The notes beneath the pieces were generated by a model, which was not told the DNA's origin, did no database searches, and saw only the letters and a program-made list of their open reading frames with translations. The translations under genes and the position numbers were made by a program. Below, one piece after another: positions 49,586 through 63,871 of a stretch of DNA of 64,000 bases (the stretch's first letter is position 1; every line of letters starts with the position of its first letter). This stretch comes from Lingula anatina (Eukaryota > Animalia > Brachiopoda), in assembly GCA_051362555.1 (NCBI GenBank), contig CM120649.1, positions 3,720,001 through 3,784,000 on the forward strand, read 5' to 3'.

Positions 49586-52500
49586 TATTTTGGAATTATA
49601 TATTTGCGCTACTAGCATTCAAGATCAAGCTGTTTGTGTTAGAATGTACGCAGCGTACTTGTTAAGATGTGACTGGTCTAAATACGGAAAGCAAATGCAC
49701 ATGATATTCATTCAAGCTGCCACATGTAAATTTCTAACTTCTGACAATTTTTTCCATTCCTGTAGCCTAGTAATGAGAAGTTATCTATAAAAAGCAGAAT
49801 GCATCTTTGACAAAGTAACAAACCGCAGCGACCACATAAAAAGATCTGAAGAGTTTGTGTGCTTCAAAAGAACGAAAAACGCAGTTTCTAAAAAAAAAAA
49901 ATAAGCCCGCAGTTACAGTTTCGGTCACTTAACCATGTATTTTATTTCAACTAGGAGTTACGTTGGTAAATGCAATAAAGATCGAAGCACACATTACGTA
50001 AACAGTCTTCCGGAACACTCTTTTTAAAATTTCAGTTGAAATAAACCCTTCTTTCACACTTGATTCATGTTTGTGCAATATCCGAGCTGCATTCATCATT
50101 AAAAATCAAGACTGAGAAACCATAGGGAAAGTTGTGGTTAAATAATCGGATAAGAAAAGGAAATGGATTTAGTCGTAAAGAATCAACACTCAATTCGGCT
50201 ATTTCCGTAACCGCACCAACGGAAACTCCCGAGCAATTATATGTTTGGACAGTGGCGTGGTTGAGATATCTTCAGAAATATTCTCACGGTACTTCAGTTT
50301 TCTGGACATACTGTATATATGTATGTGGAAAGCAAATGCAGTAATGTTTACAGTAATGTACAAACACACGCACACTTCATCTTTTATGTCAAAGACTTTT
50401 AGACAGATGAGGGGGGGGGGGTGCAGCTGAGGGCTTGGCCCCAGACAATCAGTCACCGTCTTCCTCCAAGTACTTAACGTTTGACATTCCCCCTCCGGCA
50501 CTATTTTTTGTCAAATGGTTATCCCACCCCAACCTCCCACAGACATACAGACACCACAATTAAATACTACTTTCTACGCTACTGGACACGGAGACACCAG
50601 ACTCATTTTTACTGGCAGATACCTGCTACCCCAGTCTGTAGTGTTTGGCCTGCCAGCGTGCGGAAACCATAAAACAAGGACCAATAATTTAATTTACTAA
50701 GGGATTGGTCCACTTTTTCTTCATTTTGAAATTACCCCTCGCATTGTGTTGGCCGTCAGTTAACATGAGGAGCGAAACAGACGCCATCCTCCCTGCGGTA
50801 GAGAACTTTGATGTATGGAGCCCAAAGGAAAGCATGGTTTCGAAAAAACTTAAATAAACTCGTATATTGGTCTACAATTAAAGACTCAAAGATTAATATA
50901 GTAATTTGTTGTAGCTTACTTATAGTAGTCAACTTAAATAATGTATTGGTCTGAAACAATAGCCTCGATTACTTTTTTCAGGACAAGCAGTTCATCTAGA
51001 CTGAATATAGCTGCCTGATCGACTCACCATAGGTCTAGGCAAACGACAGTTTGAGTCTGAAAGTTTCGACTAGTTTTTAGACATAAGTTCATTTTTTTTC
51101 GGAAACCTAAAGGATAATCAAAAAGCGTTTGCAGCACACTGACGACTTGTTTTTGTGATGTTCTCAACTGAAATTTATTCAAGTGGAATTCCAATTACGA
51201 TTTGGTATTTAATGTATAAAAATAAAAAAATATCCGTCTTTTTAAAAGAACGTGTCTCAAATCGTTGCCACGCACGGGGTTAAGTGCAAATGAGGATATG
51301 TTTTCATCGGCGTTAGTGATTTGGTGAAATTCCCAGCATATACATTAATTCGGAAGAGAAAGGAATGATTTTAATACGAACTGGATTCGGGACTCTTAAT
51401 ATTTTTGTTAATAGTTTATTGCTTTGTTTTATTGCCGTAGGTCTTTGCTCTTGGGTCGTTCTTTATCCGTAGGTGCGATGTCAACACAGATCAATAAAAA
51501 GAAAGAAAAATAATAATAATAGGGAGGAACTTCCATACAACATCTCAAAATGAGCTGAGGTGCATGCATTTATCCCAAATACTATGTGAGAAACATATAG
51601 AAATAAAACTGATGAGATTTCATGAAAATGGAAGGAAATAGAAACGCAAATAAAAAAAAGTCATAAAATATTGCAAAAACATCCAAAATTAAATTAGATT
51701 TAAACACCGACCATTAATGTTCAATGTTTTTTTTTTCATTTTTCCACCAGCAATGAAAGGGATGGGGGAATTGTGGATTAACCTCGAGGAAGCTGTTAAT
51801 AAATCGCTTAATTGGCACGATATGGTTGACTGTCTGAATTAAAACGGATCTTCCTAATTTTTGCGGCGAAACGTTGACCATTAATAGAAATAAAAAGGTG
51901 TAATTATGTAACATGATATGAACATGTGGTGTTGTTTCACTAGAAAATCTTTGTAAACAACTTCATTTGTTCCTTTTTTGTTTAAGAATAAGTTGTTAAA
52001 AAACCGTGAAATAATGCGTACTTTGCAGCTGCTTACCGCAATTTTTTTCACTTCCGCTTTCAAATGAGCTCCTGTAGGAGCAACATGCATTGAACTGACA
52101 GGAGTTCATTAAGGAAAAGGGCAACTTCGACTTTTTATTATTTCTTTTTACAAAAACGCACAGTTGAAAATATGCCTTCAATACTTTTGCCTGTCTCTCA
52201 GTCATCCCCTCTTTTCTTCCGCTTCCTGTTTGTGTGCATGCACGCACATGCAAGTGCTCGTGTACAGTATGTGCTTGTGTTTCAATTTGTTCTCTCGCTC
52301 GTTGGTTTAACCTCTTCCTTCATTCATTTAGTGATCTATTTATCATCTACTAATATTCTCATCTGTTATTTTGCTATAATCAATATATAATTGTTTATTA
52401 ATTTGGTTATTTATTTTCTCATTTATCTATCGATTTATTTATATAAAATTTCATGCAGTCAACACAAGATGCACTTTTTGCAAATTGGGTGGAATCAACA

Positions 52501-53681
52501 TTTTTTTTTCTGTTTTTTCATTAACTTTAAATGTCTAATTTTTTATTGAATTCGTAAATGGGAAGAGTTGACAACTACGCAAACATGTGTGTTCTTACAT
52601 CAAAACAAAAAAGGCATGTTTATTACCACTTGTAGACTTTTATTGCCCGGAACTCTTTATGAATGGAGCACGCTTAAACGCCCAATTTGCGTTACAGTGA
52701 GAAGATGTCAAACACTATTACATGAACACTCACCACAAGATTGCGTCTCAAGTTGTAAAAACATGTGGCTGGAGGCCTGTAACCAGTCATTATGAGTCTG
52801 CTTAACTTAAAACTACGCTATACCAGAACCCAGCCGGGAGATGACGCATATTCCACAAATAAATCCTCGCTGTGAAGAAAAAAATTGCGTAGAATTATTC
52901 AGAAAACACATATGTGAATACCTATTGAAAAATCAATTTGTGGCTTTGTTGTAGGGTGCAGTTTCTAACCACAAGTATTCTTGACAAGGGGAGACAATCT
53001 ACAGTGTACTGCGACAATTTAGGTGACTGACGGAGACAACGACGTTGCGCTCGCTTGGAGAACGAAACATTTTCCCTTTAAATCCTTTAGATTTGGCAAC
53101 ATTTGACATATCAGTTTCAATGAAATTTAAATAACCCAGTCTTTTGTTTTGTTATATAAATATTTCTCAAAGTGGGAAGAAAATCCTACTCCAAGTGTTG
53201 GCAAACCTGGTTTAAAAGGAGCTTTAGATTTGCTTCGAATTGTGAGCATATACTGGAAAGAAGTTAGGCAAGATAGGACGTTCTAAGATAGGTCCACCCC
53301 CTGCTGACTGGGAATTACACTAAAGCCATTAAAAAACTTCTACGTTACATTTACATCCACTCTTTTGTTGCTGATTAAATTAATCTTTAAAGTTAAACAA
53401 CCTGCTTTATTGAGACAAAATGCCAAGCGTATTGATGCTATTGCTGATATGCAAAGTACAAAAATTTCCTTTTCAATTCAGAAATAGGATTCTTAATCGA
53501 AAGAAACAAGTACACAATGGATTTTACACTCAGAGTCTGACAATAATCAATCCGTGGTTGATACTACGGTATACAAAAAGGTTCTTTTCCTTTGCCAGGT
53601 ATTAATCTTATGAATAAAGAATGACTTTTGAATGATCAAATTTGCAATAAAACATGTCTTGAAATTATAAAATGTGTCTTA

Positions 53682-53895
53682 GACCCAATTCCCAGAGATT
53701 AGATCGATCCAACTAGATCGACCTAACTCCCTGGGGGTTCACGCTAAATAGCTGTCAGCCGAGCGGCCACGAAAGTTAATTTCCCCCTTACAGCTTGTAG
53801 TCGGCGGCACAGACATTTAAGCCGGATTATCTGACAGTAATTTAGTGAGACTCCCCACGGGGATAGATCGATCTAAAATCTATGGGAATGCCCCC
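53682..53895. mobile_element. MITE (Harbinger-like, TAGATCGATC family)
   Basis: gacccaattccca...tgggaatgccccc flanked by TTA on both sides. Near-identical copy at 56198-56411. Confidence 0.8.
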
Positions 53896-55911
53896 TTAGT
53901 AAAGCTCATGATCAATAGTATTTCCTTTGCTGCGGATTTTTATTTTGGAAGTGTAATAAGATTGTGCACCAAGTAGGTACGGTCATGTCGTTTTTACCAG
54001 AATAGAAACACTTTTCATATAGTTTAATACATATAATCAGTTCTGACCAGAGCCTGCCCTTATGTAAGATGGTCAATGATCAAAGTGTCAACAAACTTCC
54101 CATGGTCGTGAATCACAATTAAATTCAATTGCGTTTAATGGGCATATTACACGTGTTTCTGCCTACGGTTCTATGTATCATTTGATGATTGTAGACTGTA
54201 TAATTGGCCATTTATTCCGCAATTTTTTGATACTGAAATAATCACCATGATGGATTGGGTGCTTTACTTCCAATTGGGGTTACTCTGTTGGTGCATTGCA
54301 GAATAGGAACAAGGGTTTTGCGAAGAGGATGGGGGGGGGGGGGGAGGTGTGGAAGGGGGGGGGGCAGAACTAGTATACAGCAGTGTTTATATAGAATATG
54401 TAATAGTAGTCGTAGACAATTTAACTATTTGGGCACAAGGGTGGAAAATTGGTTGTCAAGGGTTTTGTTATTTATACCGTGAATGGGGAGAGGAGGAGAG
54501 GAGGAGAGGAGGAGGAGGAGGAGAGAGGGCAGGTGAGAATTTAGGGAATGACTTTATTTGCCGAAGGAAGCAAGCCAATGTAAACGACGAAGATATTGCA
54601 GTATAATCAGGGCACAGATATTGAAATAGCACTGGGTTTTGTTGCGTTGCGCAAAATGTACTATTTTTGGACTACAGGAGTTCAAAGTGTACTTCCAAGG
54701 AGGGGAGAGGTACACGCCCCCCCCCCCACCCCTTCCCCCTTCTCCCGAACCGCCAGTGCATCACTCCCAGACAATTACACACACTAGTCACGAGAATAAC
54801 AACTCACGAACTGAATAAGCGATTACACCACTTATTATATATAATAAATTTGGTAATGATACTCACTGATAGAATTAATGGGATAGAAGAACCTATTTAC
54901 ACATATCGTATGATACAGCTAATAAAAAAAATACTGTACCAACTATTGGATATTTCCCTTGTGTGGCTCTTTTAATTGGGGGAGGGGTTGATTCTAGATC
55001 TTTTGTTCTATTTCATTTTTAAGTGAATATTATAATTGTTTTTGAGTTTACAAGAAAGGACCTTTACCACAAGACACGAATTTAATTTCGATTTTCCACA
55101 GATGATATGATCAGTGAAACCAATTTTATGTTACAATAAAGGGGAAAAATCTGCAGGATTGGCTGTACTAATCGTTTTTTATAACAGAGGAAATTGAGTT
55201 TGACCAAAGTAGACACAACAATGGTAGACACAGCTGGAAAACTGGAAGCTGGTCGTGACTGATAATAATACACATCTTTTGATGTCATTTGGTGCTGCGT
55301 CGTGACTTGTAGTTGATTGTCCTTCAAACTGGTATTTGTATATTGTTTTTCAGTCATTTACTGGTTTGACCCTTCATTGCACAATTCTAGCTTCCACTTT
55401 TTCTGAGTAAATGAATTCTGGGAACCAGATATGGACGCTAGTTTTGCGACTAGAGTAGTTTTTTCGTCTTTTTGATTGCCTGTTTGTGAATATCCATAAT
55501 TCTGTCTTATCTCAATGGCATGTAAAAAGGGAACATAAACAAGTCTTTCACAATTTTGTTCATCATGATTATTGCTAGTAAATGTAGTATTAGTAGTAGT
55601 CGTAGTATTGACATGTATTTCAGCATTCGCCCTGTCCCCTTTATTTTTTTTGGGGGGCGTGTCTTTATCTGTATCGTATATGCTGGATATATTCATAAAA
55701 AAATAAGTTGAACCCAATCTAAATCTACTATTAAGAAGTCAAGTTGAATAAGTCAATGAATCCATGGTTAGTTTCAACCCCATTTTATCTCCCAGTTGGG
55801 CCAAAAGATAAGCTAATGATTTACGACAACCGTATATGTTAATTGAGCCAGATCAGCCACGGGTAAAACGTAACCAGATGCAACCTATGCTTGGTCCTGT
55901 CGCTACAGGTG

Positions 55912-56129
55912 TTATAAACGGATTAAGCGTTTACTAACACTACAGTCAGATCTTTTAGCACTTACACCTATAAAACCACATAACCCACAAATTATACAGT
56001 ACAATTATTTAGCACCAACAAAGCGATACCTGCCACTAACATCCATCCGCTCTGGTAGTGTTGGTTAATTTGTGGGTTAGTGCTAAAAGATCTACAGGTA
56101 GTGTTAGTCTAGGCCTAATCCGTTTATAA
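55912..56129. mobile_element. Foldback/MITE-like palindrome
   Basis: Arms ttataaacggatta..actaacactac..agatcttttagcact / agtgctaaaagatct..gtagtgttagt..taatccgtttataa. Confidence 0.65.
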
Positions 56130-56197
56130 AAACTGCGTTAGAACAATCGGGCATCATGGGCACTCACCGACCCACACTGAACCAGCGCGGTGAGTAA

Positions 56198-56411
56198 GAC
56201 CCCATTCCCAGAGATAAGATCGATCCAACTAGATCGACCTAACTCCCTGGGGGTTTACGCTAAATAGCTGTCAGCCGAGCGGGCACGAAAGTTAATTACC
56301 CCCTTACAGCTTGTAGTAGGCTGGACGGAAATTTAAGCCGGATTATCTGACAGTAATCTAGTGAGACTCCCCACGGGGATAGATCGATCTAAAAGCTATG
56401 GGAATGCGCCC
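56198..56411. mobile_element. MITE, second copy of 53682-53895
   Basis: Collinear over the whole ~214 bp with few substitutions. Flanks are unrelated. Confidence 0.8.
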
Positions 56412-57108
56412 TTTAGAGTTCAAACCCTCACCGACAACACGCAAAGCGTGGAGAAATTAGTCTTCGGAGGCCATCTGCCAGATGCTGAAGTGGTGTACGT
56501 GACAGGCTGATAATTGATTGATTGATTGTTTATGACAAAATGCGGTATAACAATCAGAGGATGATCCTGCGATAACAAACAACCGTTGCACACCTTACAT
56601 CTGCAATTTTCCCCAAAAACAAAAATAGTTCCTCTTTTAATCAGTTTTTGTGGTTGACAGCGGATATTAAAACAGGTTGGTAATTTAGTGACATGAAGGT
56701 TATTTCCCAGTACACGTATCTCACTTTTATCATAATTGGCGTTGAAACATGTAGCAATCCGTGGTATATAGCAAAATTGGTGAGTCCGTACGTATTTCAT
56801 ATATATCATTGAAGGTACAGGCTTGTGTTCCTTTTGACATATTTGGAATTGTGCCAGGGGTTTGGTATGTGTGTGTCTTTTAAGGATGAAAATGTGATTT
56901 CCTTAATTATTAAAATGAAGGGTGTTTTTATGAGTAACTTGTTGCACGTATGAATTGGGGATGTCCTTATTTGTAGCTTTATAATTTTGGTGGCGTCAAT
57001 GTTTTTACCCGGAAAGAAATGTGTGCATTATTGCACATGATTTTGCGAGTTTCGAAGTGCGTGCATGTGTGTGTGTATGTGTGTGTGAGAGAGAGAAAGA
57101 GATACCAG

Positions 57109-57254
57109 GGCCCGTATCTCGAAAGCATCGCGCATTGCGGTCGTGCCCAAGCGTCTCGATTCCGTAACTCGCCCATACTCGTCCCATATTATACATTGTA
57201 GCCTCTATTTGATAAAGCGATTCGCAATACGCGATGCTTTCGAGATACGGGGCC
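57109..57254. mobile_element. Short MITE with CAG target duplication
   Basis: TIR ggcccgtatctcgaaagcatcgcg.attgcg / cgcaatacgcgatgctttcgagatacggggcc, with CAG at 57106-08 and 57255-57. Confidence 0.75.
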
Positions 57255-60200
57255 CAGTACATGTAGATGAAGTAAGAAAAGAAGAAAAAGATCATCAGCA
57301 ATTATCTGATATATGTAAGATTGTGCGTTTTCTTTAAGCACCTGTTTTTTTCATACTTTCACACATGATTTATAGCTACAGATATGTATTTCGCCTATAA
57401 CTGATTTATGGCAAACATTAAAAAAATTATAGATACTGTTTCATTCCAATTGAAATGTAATACTAAAGAGATGTCATAATTACATTACCGGTAGGAGTGT
57501 GTAATTGCCAGAGTGAAGGGGTGTGTTGCTTGTTTCCTTGTTTTTTAATAAAACATAATATGTATGGCATCCCAAGAATTTACTGATTATATGCGTTTTT
57601 CCCTGAAATGGTGATATTAATCCCATTTGAGAGAATAATCGACCATTTCGGAATGCGTCATTGTAAACAATTTAATTGATATTATTTCATCGAGTACCTT
57701 TTTTCGCTCTTGGTGTCTAAATATAGGAGGAGTTATTCTTCCAGAATTCGCATTTTCTACTCATGAGATGTGAATGGTCTCTTATATCCTTGGCACGCCC
57801 TTTAGAACATGAATAGCCATAAAAAGCGGCTAACAAAAATCACTTGTATTGAGTTGATGTATTCAAACGAGGGTTGAAATGCAACCATGAGTCATGTTGG
57901 ACCAAAATGAGACCTTCGACAGTAGGACGGCAGATAATTGAGAAGAGTGTGTTTTTCAACGACTCTACATCAAACATTTAACGCTGGCAAAGCGATGAGT
58001 ACAGTTTGTAAAAGACGTGGGTGTAGGGGAGAGAGAGAGAGAGAGGAAGAGCATCTATACAATGCATCAAACATTCCGCATCAGAATATCAGGTCCCACA
58101 GAAAGTTTCCTGTTATTAATTAATAATTTATTCTCCATATCAATTTCCAGATTCCACGCGATTTTTTCACATTCTTCGTGATTCACGCACCACCAACGCC
58201 AATTCAAGAAGAAAAATTAATCATCATCTGCAGTAAACAAATTGTTTACTTGACCCCAGCTTTTCCTTAATCTCTGGCTGCAAGCGCATGATTTAAATGG
58301 CAAAAAAGGGCCTAGGCTGCTCGTCATTATTTCCTGTAATACCAAGCCGAGTATTTGCAAGAACGGAATTCACATCAACGTTGCCGACGTGGGCAAAAAA
58401 TGAACTCGAATGCCGACACCTCTTGCACACGAGTGCACCAGTTGTAGTAAAAAATTAATCGCATTTAACTCGATAACAAATGGTTTTCATTGCATAAATT
58501 TTAAATTCCACGGAGTTCTAATGTTTAATTCGCACTGCAGTCTTAAACATACTTGAGAGAGACAAGAAAGAAAAGGCCATACACTTAAACATGTAATTTA
58601 GCGTAAACACTGGTGTATTCAACACGCATGTGACAAAAATCACTTGGTTTTGTCTCGTTTTGTTCGCTATACATTTTTTTTTTTTGGGGGGGGGGGGGTA
58701 GCTTAGGGGGGAGAGATGCCTCAAAATCAAAGGGAAGGGTTTATCTGTACCGCTGTGCTCTCACCCAATCGATCCGCCCGTGAGTTTATGCCGCCATGAT
58801 GTTTTGTCACCAGGGTGTCCAACCAAAGCGCTCCTATACTGTCTTCGCCCCTGTTTATTTAGTAAAATCAAAACTCCTCTGAGGCGCTTGTCGCCTGTTA
58901 CAGTATTTTGCGAGGTTTATCCACTAATGAGATAAAAGAGAGAGAGAGAAAAAAGAGAGAAAGTGTTCCATACGCCTCAACTCATAATTGAAACGACCGG
59001 GATAGGCTTTAAGCAGCTCTTTGAAGCAGAAAATCAGGGAAGCAGTTCTTACGGAAGGCGAGGGTTCGGTGTTCGATAACTACATGGATCTGTTCTAGAA
59101 AACATTTTTTGTCTTAAAAGTGACTCTATATCAGGTGTATAACACCCACCACATTCTCTGATGAAAGATTGTTCTTAGACACTTAATCCGAGAGTGGTGA
59201 AACTAGTAATTCTGAGTTAAGTTGTTGTTTGAAGAAACTATTATTGTGATTTGGAATAAATATCGCAAAACATTTTTGAATAGATGACAAGTATGTTGTT
59301 GACGAAAGCCTGTAATTTGAAAATTACTGAATTTAACACGTTATTCTAATGTATATACGTAAATACAAGCTGCAAAATTAGGGAAATTGAGGCAAAACTC
59401 TAACATCTGTTGGCGGATTTGGAATTGGAATTCTTTTATATTTCGTACATGTAAGCGTACCGGTATTTGTTTGTTGCCGATGTGGAGTGAGGGTGTAAGC
59501 CCCAGCGTGAGTGTGTTTGAAAAAAAGGAAAAAAAAACACAGAAACACAGAAAAATATGTTTTTGATCCTAGAGAAACCAGCTCATCAATTCTTTATCGT
59601 ATCCAATATTAACCTCACTAATAACACTAACAAAGAAAAAAGAAAACAATAGTCGAACACCAATAATGAGTTAGCAAATGAATAAATGAATGGATTAAAT
59701 TGAGAAATTTAAAAAAAAATGTACCGCCAAGATATACGAAAAAACCCTCCGTGTCTGTCAGTGTACTTGTTCATAGCTCTGCGGTCACGAGGCGCAGTGA
59801 TGAACACATTGTTTGTCAGTTATCGGATAAAACTCACCCCTAGAACGTGACGACCCATTGCTTATCTCCTAACTTCACACCAATGCTGTTAGCTAATCGC
59901 GTTAACATGAGACAGAAAGGAGGAAAACATTCATGTCTTGCGTTTGAATTTTATCTAAATATAGCTGCAGATTTGCAAAATCTGAATGGATACCGGTATA
60001 AATAGGCTGAATAATTCACGTTTGTTTTGACATTTAAGAGAAAAAAAACACTATGAATCCCATCCCAATCATGCACTTAGTTAAACCACCCAATTTACAG
60101 GATAGTACTCTTTTCTTGCTTCGGAAAAAATAAAGAGAAAATGTTTCTTGTGTTGAAAGTTGACTAGCATTAATAGTTGCTAGAAAATTCAGACCTCGCC

Positions 60201-60726
60201 GCCAGATCCAAATTATACAAAATGACGGAGAGAAGAAGAATTGCCTGCACCTCAACTCCCCACCCCCAACCCCAACATACACACACAGACCCCCCCACAC
60301 ACACACACTTTGGTGTGATATAAAAAGTGTACTTGTTCAAGTGCACTCAAAAGCGCTTATGTAGGCCCGATCTATATGTATCCTGCTTCCCTTTATTCAT
60401 TTCAATTTTAATCCACTATTTTTTTTTTTTGAAAGGGGTGACTGTATTTTGCTCTCCACAACCTCGATTGTTCTTTGAAACAGGGGTACAGTAATTTCAA
60501 TGCTGATTGAGATCGTCACTTGCGTGGTTAACAGCTTCCAATTTAGAGCATTAATGAGCGTTCCACTGTTTGTGAACTCCGGTGGCTCTATTAAGTCGAT
60601 CCCATTTTGCCTGTTCAACTTCTCAACCCCAATCAAACGGACATCAGTCCGCATGCCGATCAGGCTCTTTCATCGCAGGGACTGGCTGCCTCCCGCTGTA
60701 TGCACCGCCCATCGGAAGAAAGCATT

Positions 60727-60897
60727 CCAAATATGGTCACGGGAACGCATGCTATGACTCCATATATGGACAATGTCCGGCCCCCGGGATTTGACGTCAC
60801 TTCTGGGAGATTCCAGGGGTATACTATGTCGGAAACATTCTAGTACCAGAAAAACTAAATTATTTATAGCTCAAATTGTTATGAAAAGGTATAAAAG
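60727..60897 (+). promoter_or_regulatory. Promoter: two CArG boxes, CRE, MEF2-like site, TATA
   Basis: CCAAATATGG 60727-36, CCATATATGG 60760-69, TGACGTCA 60792-99, TTATTTATAG 60860-69, TATAAAAG 60890-97. No ATG between the TATA and the start codon at 61101. Confidence 0.6.
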
Positions 60898-61100
60898 CAT
60901 CTGAAAAGACCTGTAACTGCACAACTTCAAGTGGAAGTGTACAAGATAGAGCGCGAATCACAAGAAGGGAAGATTTATAGAGTTGAAAGCAGCAGACGAT
61001 AGTTCTATAAGAAATTGACTTACAATAAAGAAGGACTGCTTAGGATATTTTCCAGACTTTAATTCCAATTTCAGTTATCTCTTTCTACAGTCACTTTACC

Positions 61101-63871
61101 ATGGATCTCAGGCATATTGTACTAGCAGTGGCAGCGGTTTGCTCAATGGTAAGTATTTTTACAGTACATTTTAGTATTCTTGTGTTCAAAACTATTTTGA
61201 GCGCTGTGGAACATATGTTGCATATAGTTAAGTGTACAGAAATTCAATAATAGCAAAATATTGGTCCCATGTTAATATATTGGATTTACACTATATAATT
61301 TCTTGCATTGCGAAAAGGCAATCTCAATGCACACAACCACTTGCAGATTTTAAATTAAAAATCATTGATGCAAACTACGTGCGTTGTATAACATTTCAAA
61401 ATTCGTTATCCTTTTCAAAATATGATAAGAAACAAAGTAGTCAGACGAGAAAGACAGAAAAAAACACATCAGTTCTCGAATTTAAGTCACAAAGAGCATG
61501 TGTATTTGCCACCAATATTCGCTTTACGATTCATTATTTTTCATATCCTTCCTATATTTCAATCTAACTGCAGTGTTCATTTGTAATGGTTTCATGAGTA
61601 GTTAAATCCTTTATTTCAATCTCAATTTCACCTCGACCATGGGTCGTACTTGACCGGCTTACAACAACAAGATTTCATAAATATACGTTACTTCTAAAAG
61701 ACAAATCAAGTGATGTTTTGATACCTTTTGACTGAGTTTTTGTCACGGTTCATATGTTGGAAATCCCCACCAGTGTTCTGCACTACGCTTTATGCTGACG
61801 ACGAATGAGTGTTAGTACAGTTCTAGTATACGCTGGCGCTATAAATTTCCTCGCCCTTGTTGGTATTTATTTAGGTTAGCAAGCCGTGACATACGTTATG
61901 ACCTCGGAGTGTTTATCGCTTGGTAAACTTCATTGCCCTCTCACTTGGCAGGCGTGTGCCGCTTAACTATCTAAACTTTCCAGACCAAAGGCACGGACTA
62001 TTGTAAATCTAACTCTAAAACTAGTATGTTGACTCCATACAAAAGAACCATGCTTAATCATGGTTAATTGTATTACTATTTATATTATTTCCCGTTTTCG
62101 TTACGGGCAAACAAAGTCTATACTTTTGAGAGATCTATTTGCAGTGTTTTGCAATATATTAAATTGGTAAATGACTATTTGTTTCTCAATTCATCAACAG
62201 CTAGCTTGAAGTGTTTCTTCTCATACCGGTTGTTATCTCGATTATAATTTATGATTTTTATTTGACCAGGCGTCTGCGGCGAGTGTTTCAAAGAGGGCAG
62301 AAGAAAAAAGTAAGTATTTGCTTTAACTATATGAAGCGAGATGTGCTTGTAGTAGTATCGTGGTAGGGTTTTTTTCTAATTTATATTTAAGTGGGCTGAA
62401 AAATAGAAATATCTACATAAATTAAAAACAATTTATACTCCCGTTTGGCTTTTTTTATTTTAAAGCATTTATATCACGTAGATTTTTGCAATGAATAAGT
62501 GTAAGTACCCAATTTCTTAAGGATAAGAAAACTACGTTGAAAAAGGACGTAAGAATGCTCTGGTCCTGCTATTAGTTCCCTCAGATCGGCATGCAACTCG
62601 GATTTGTAAACAATCTAAAAGAAAAACTAAAGCAATGTGCTCGCGTTTGGTTACAAATGTGCACGTGTCCGGGGTGAGGCTGATGGTATAAGCATAAATC
62701 TCTATTTTATTCAGTCATATCGTTGAGAAAAAAACGTGGTAAACATGGATATAAAGGGCATCCGTTTTAGCTACAATTTTCAAAAAAAAAAAAAAAAAAA
62801 AAAAGAAAGAAAAAAAATGCGGCAACCTAAATTTGGTGGATCTTATAAGTGTTTTTTTTTTAATCCTTCAAACCAACATTAACATGTAAATCAAATTGTA
62901 ATTCAGAGGGAAGCTTTTCCGGTCATTTTGACGGTCCCCCGAACCAATAGCAACCGGGTTCGGCCTCTGTACGGGCGTGTGGGAATTCTAATAGATTCAT
63001 TGTCTTTTGCCTTCAGTTTGCGGTAAACCATCAGACATCATCTTTGTCATCGACGCCAGCAGCAGCATTTGGCCACCACACTTCACAAAGCAGCTCAGAT
63101 TCATCCAAAACGTTGTCGACCAATTCAACGTCAAGGACGATGGTTCAGGGACCCGGATAGGAGCCGTGGTCTTCAGCAACGCCGAGCTGACCAGGGTAGC
63201 GTTTGACCTCAACGACCACTTCGGTAAAGCCGCCTTAAGGAAGGCTATTGAAGGTATTAAGCAGATGGGCGGGAATACATACACGGATACTGCTTTGGAA
63301 ATGGTGCGCACGAAGCTGTTGAACAAGGCAGCAGGTGAGTGTGTCAGAGGGCAAGGGTCAAGGTCGGAGGTCATGGTCGTTGATTACGGGTCTGTTTGTG
63401 TCAAGTAAAGACCATGTGTGGGGTGAGCCTTTAGGTTGGGCAGTATGGCTGGTCCTCCCGTAATAACTGATAAGGTTGTTAAAATTTAATAAGAAGTATG
63501 TGATATAGGTGAGCTATAAAGAGGTGCGTGGGAACGGAAATGAGGGATGAGATAAACGACTTCCATCAACTTTATTTATTAAAATAACATCAATACTTCT
63601 GTATTTCATTATTGCTTCGTGAAAATATACGTGTATGTAATCGAGTCTTAGTTCTATATCTCTTTCATTCTACTAGAGTCACCTAAACCCAACTATTTAA
63701 TCAAAATATGGCTACTTTTTCCTAGGTGCTCGAATGCACAGTGAAGTTCCACAAATCGTGATCGTGATGACAGATGGCGTTTCACAAGACCCGCCCGAGA
63801 CTGCAAGACAAGCCCAGCTAATCAAGGATATCAAAGGTGTTAAGATAATCTCTCTTGGCATTGGATTGAAG
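61101..63871 (+). CDS. Secreted VWA-domain extracellular matrix protein (matrilin/collagen VI-XII-like), 5' part; continues beyond the window
   Basis: Exons 61101-61148, 62270-62309, 63017-63334, 63726-63871 splice in frame: MDLRHIVLAVAAVCSM-ASAASVSKRAEEK-ICGKPSDIIFVIDASSSIW...RIGAVVFS...GGNTYTDTAL...GAR..VPQIVIVMTDG...IISLGIG. Intact MIDAS. Confidence 0.88.

Noticed and set aside
59150-59210. CTGATGA ... GAAAC resembling a second hammerhead
   Set aside because: No pairing for stems I-III around the core. Other CTGA(T/C)GA hits I checked also failed.
60397-60843. Cluster of overlapping short ORFs in a GC-richer patch
   Set aside because: Better explained as promoter sequence of the downstream VWA gene. 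No protein motif.
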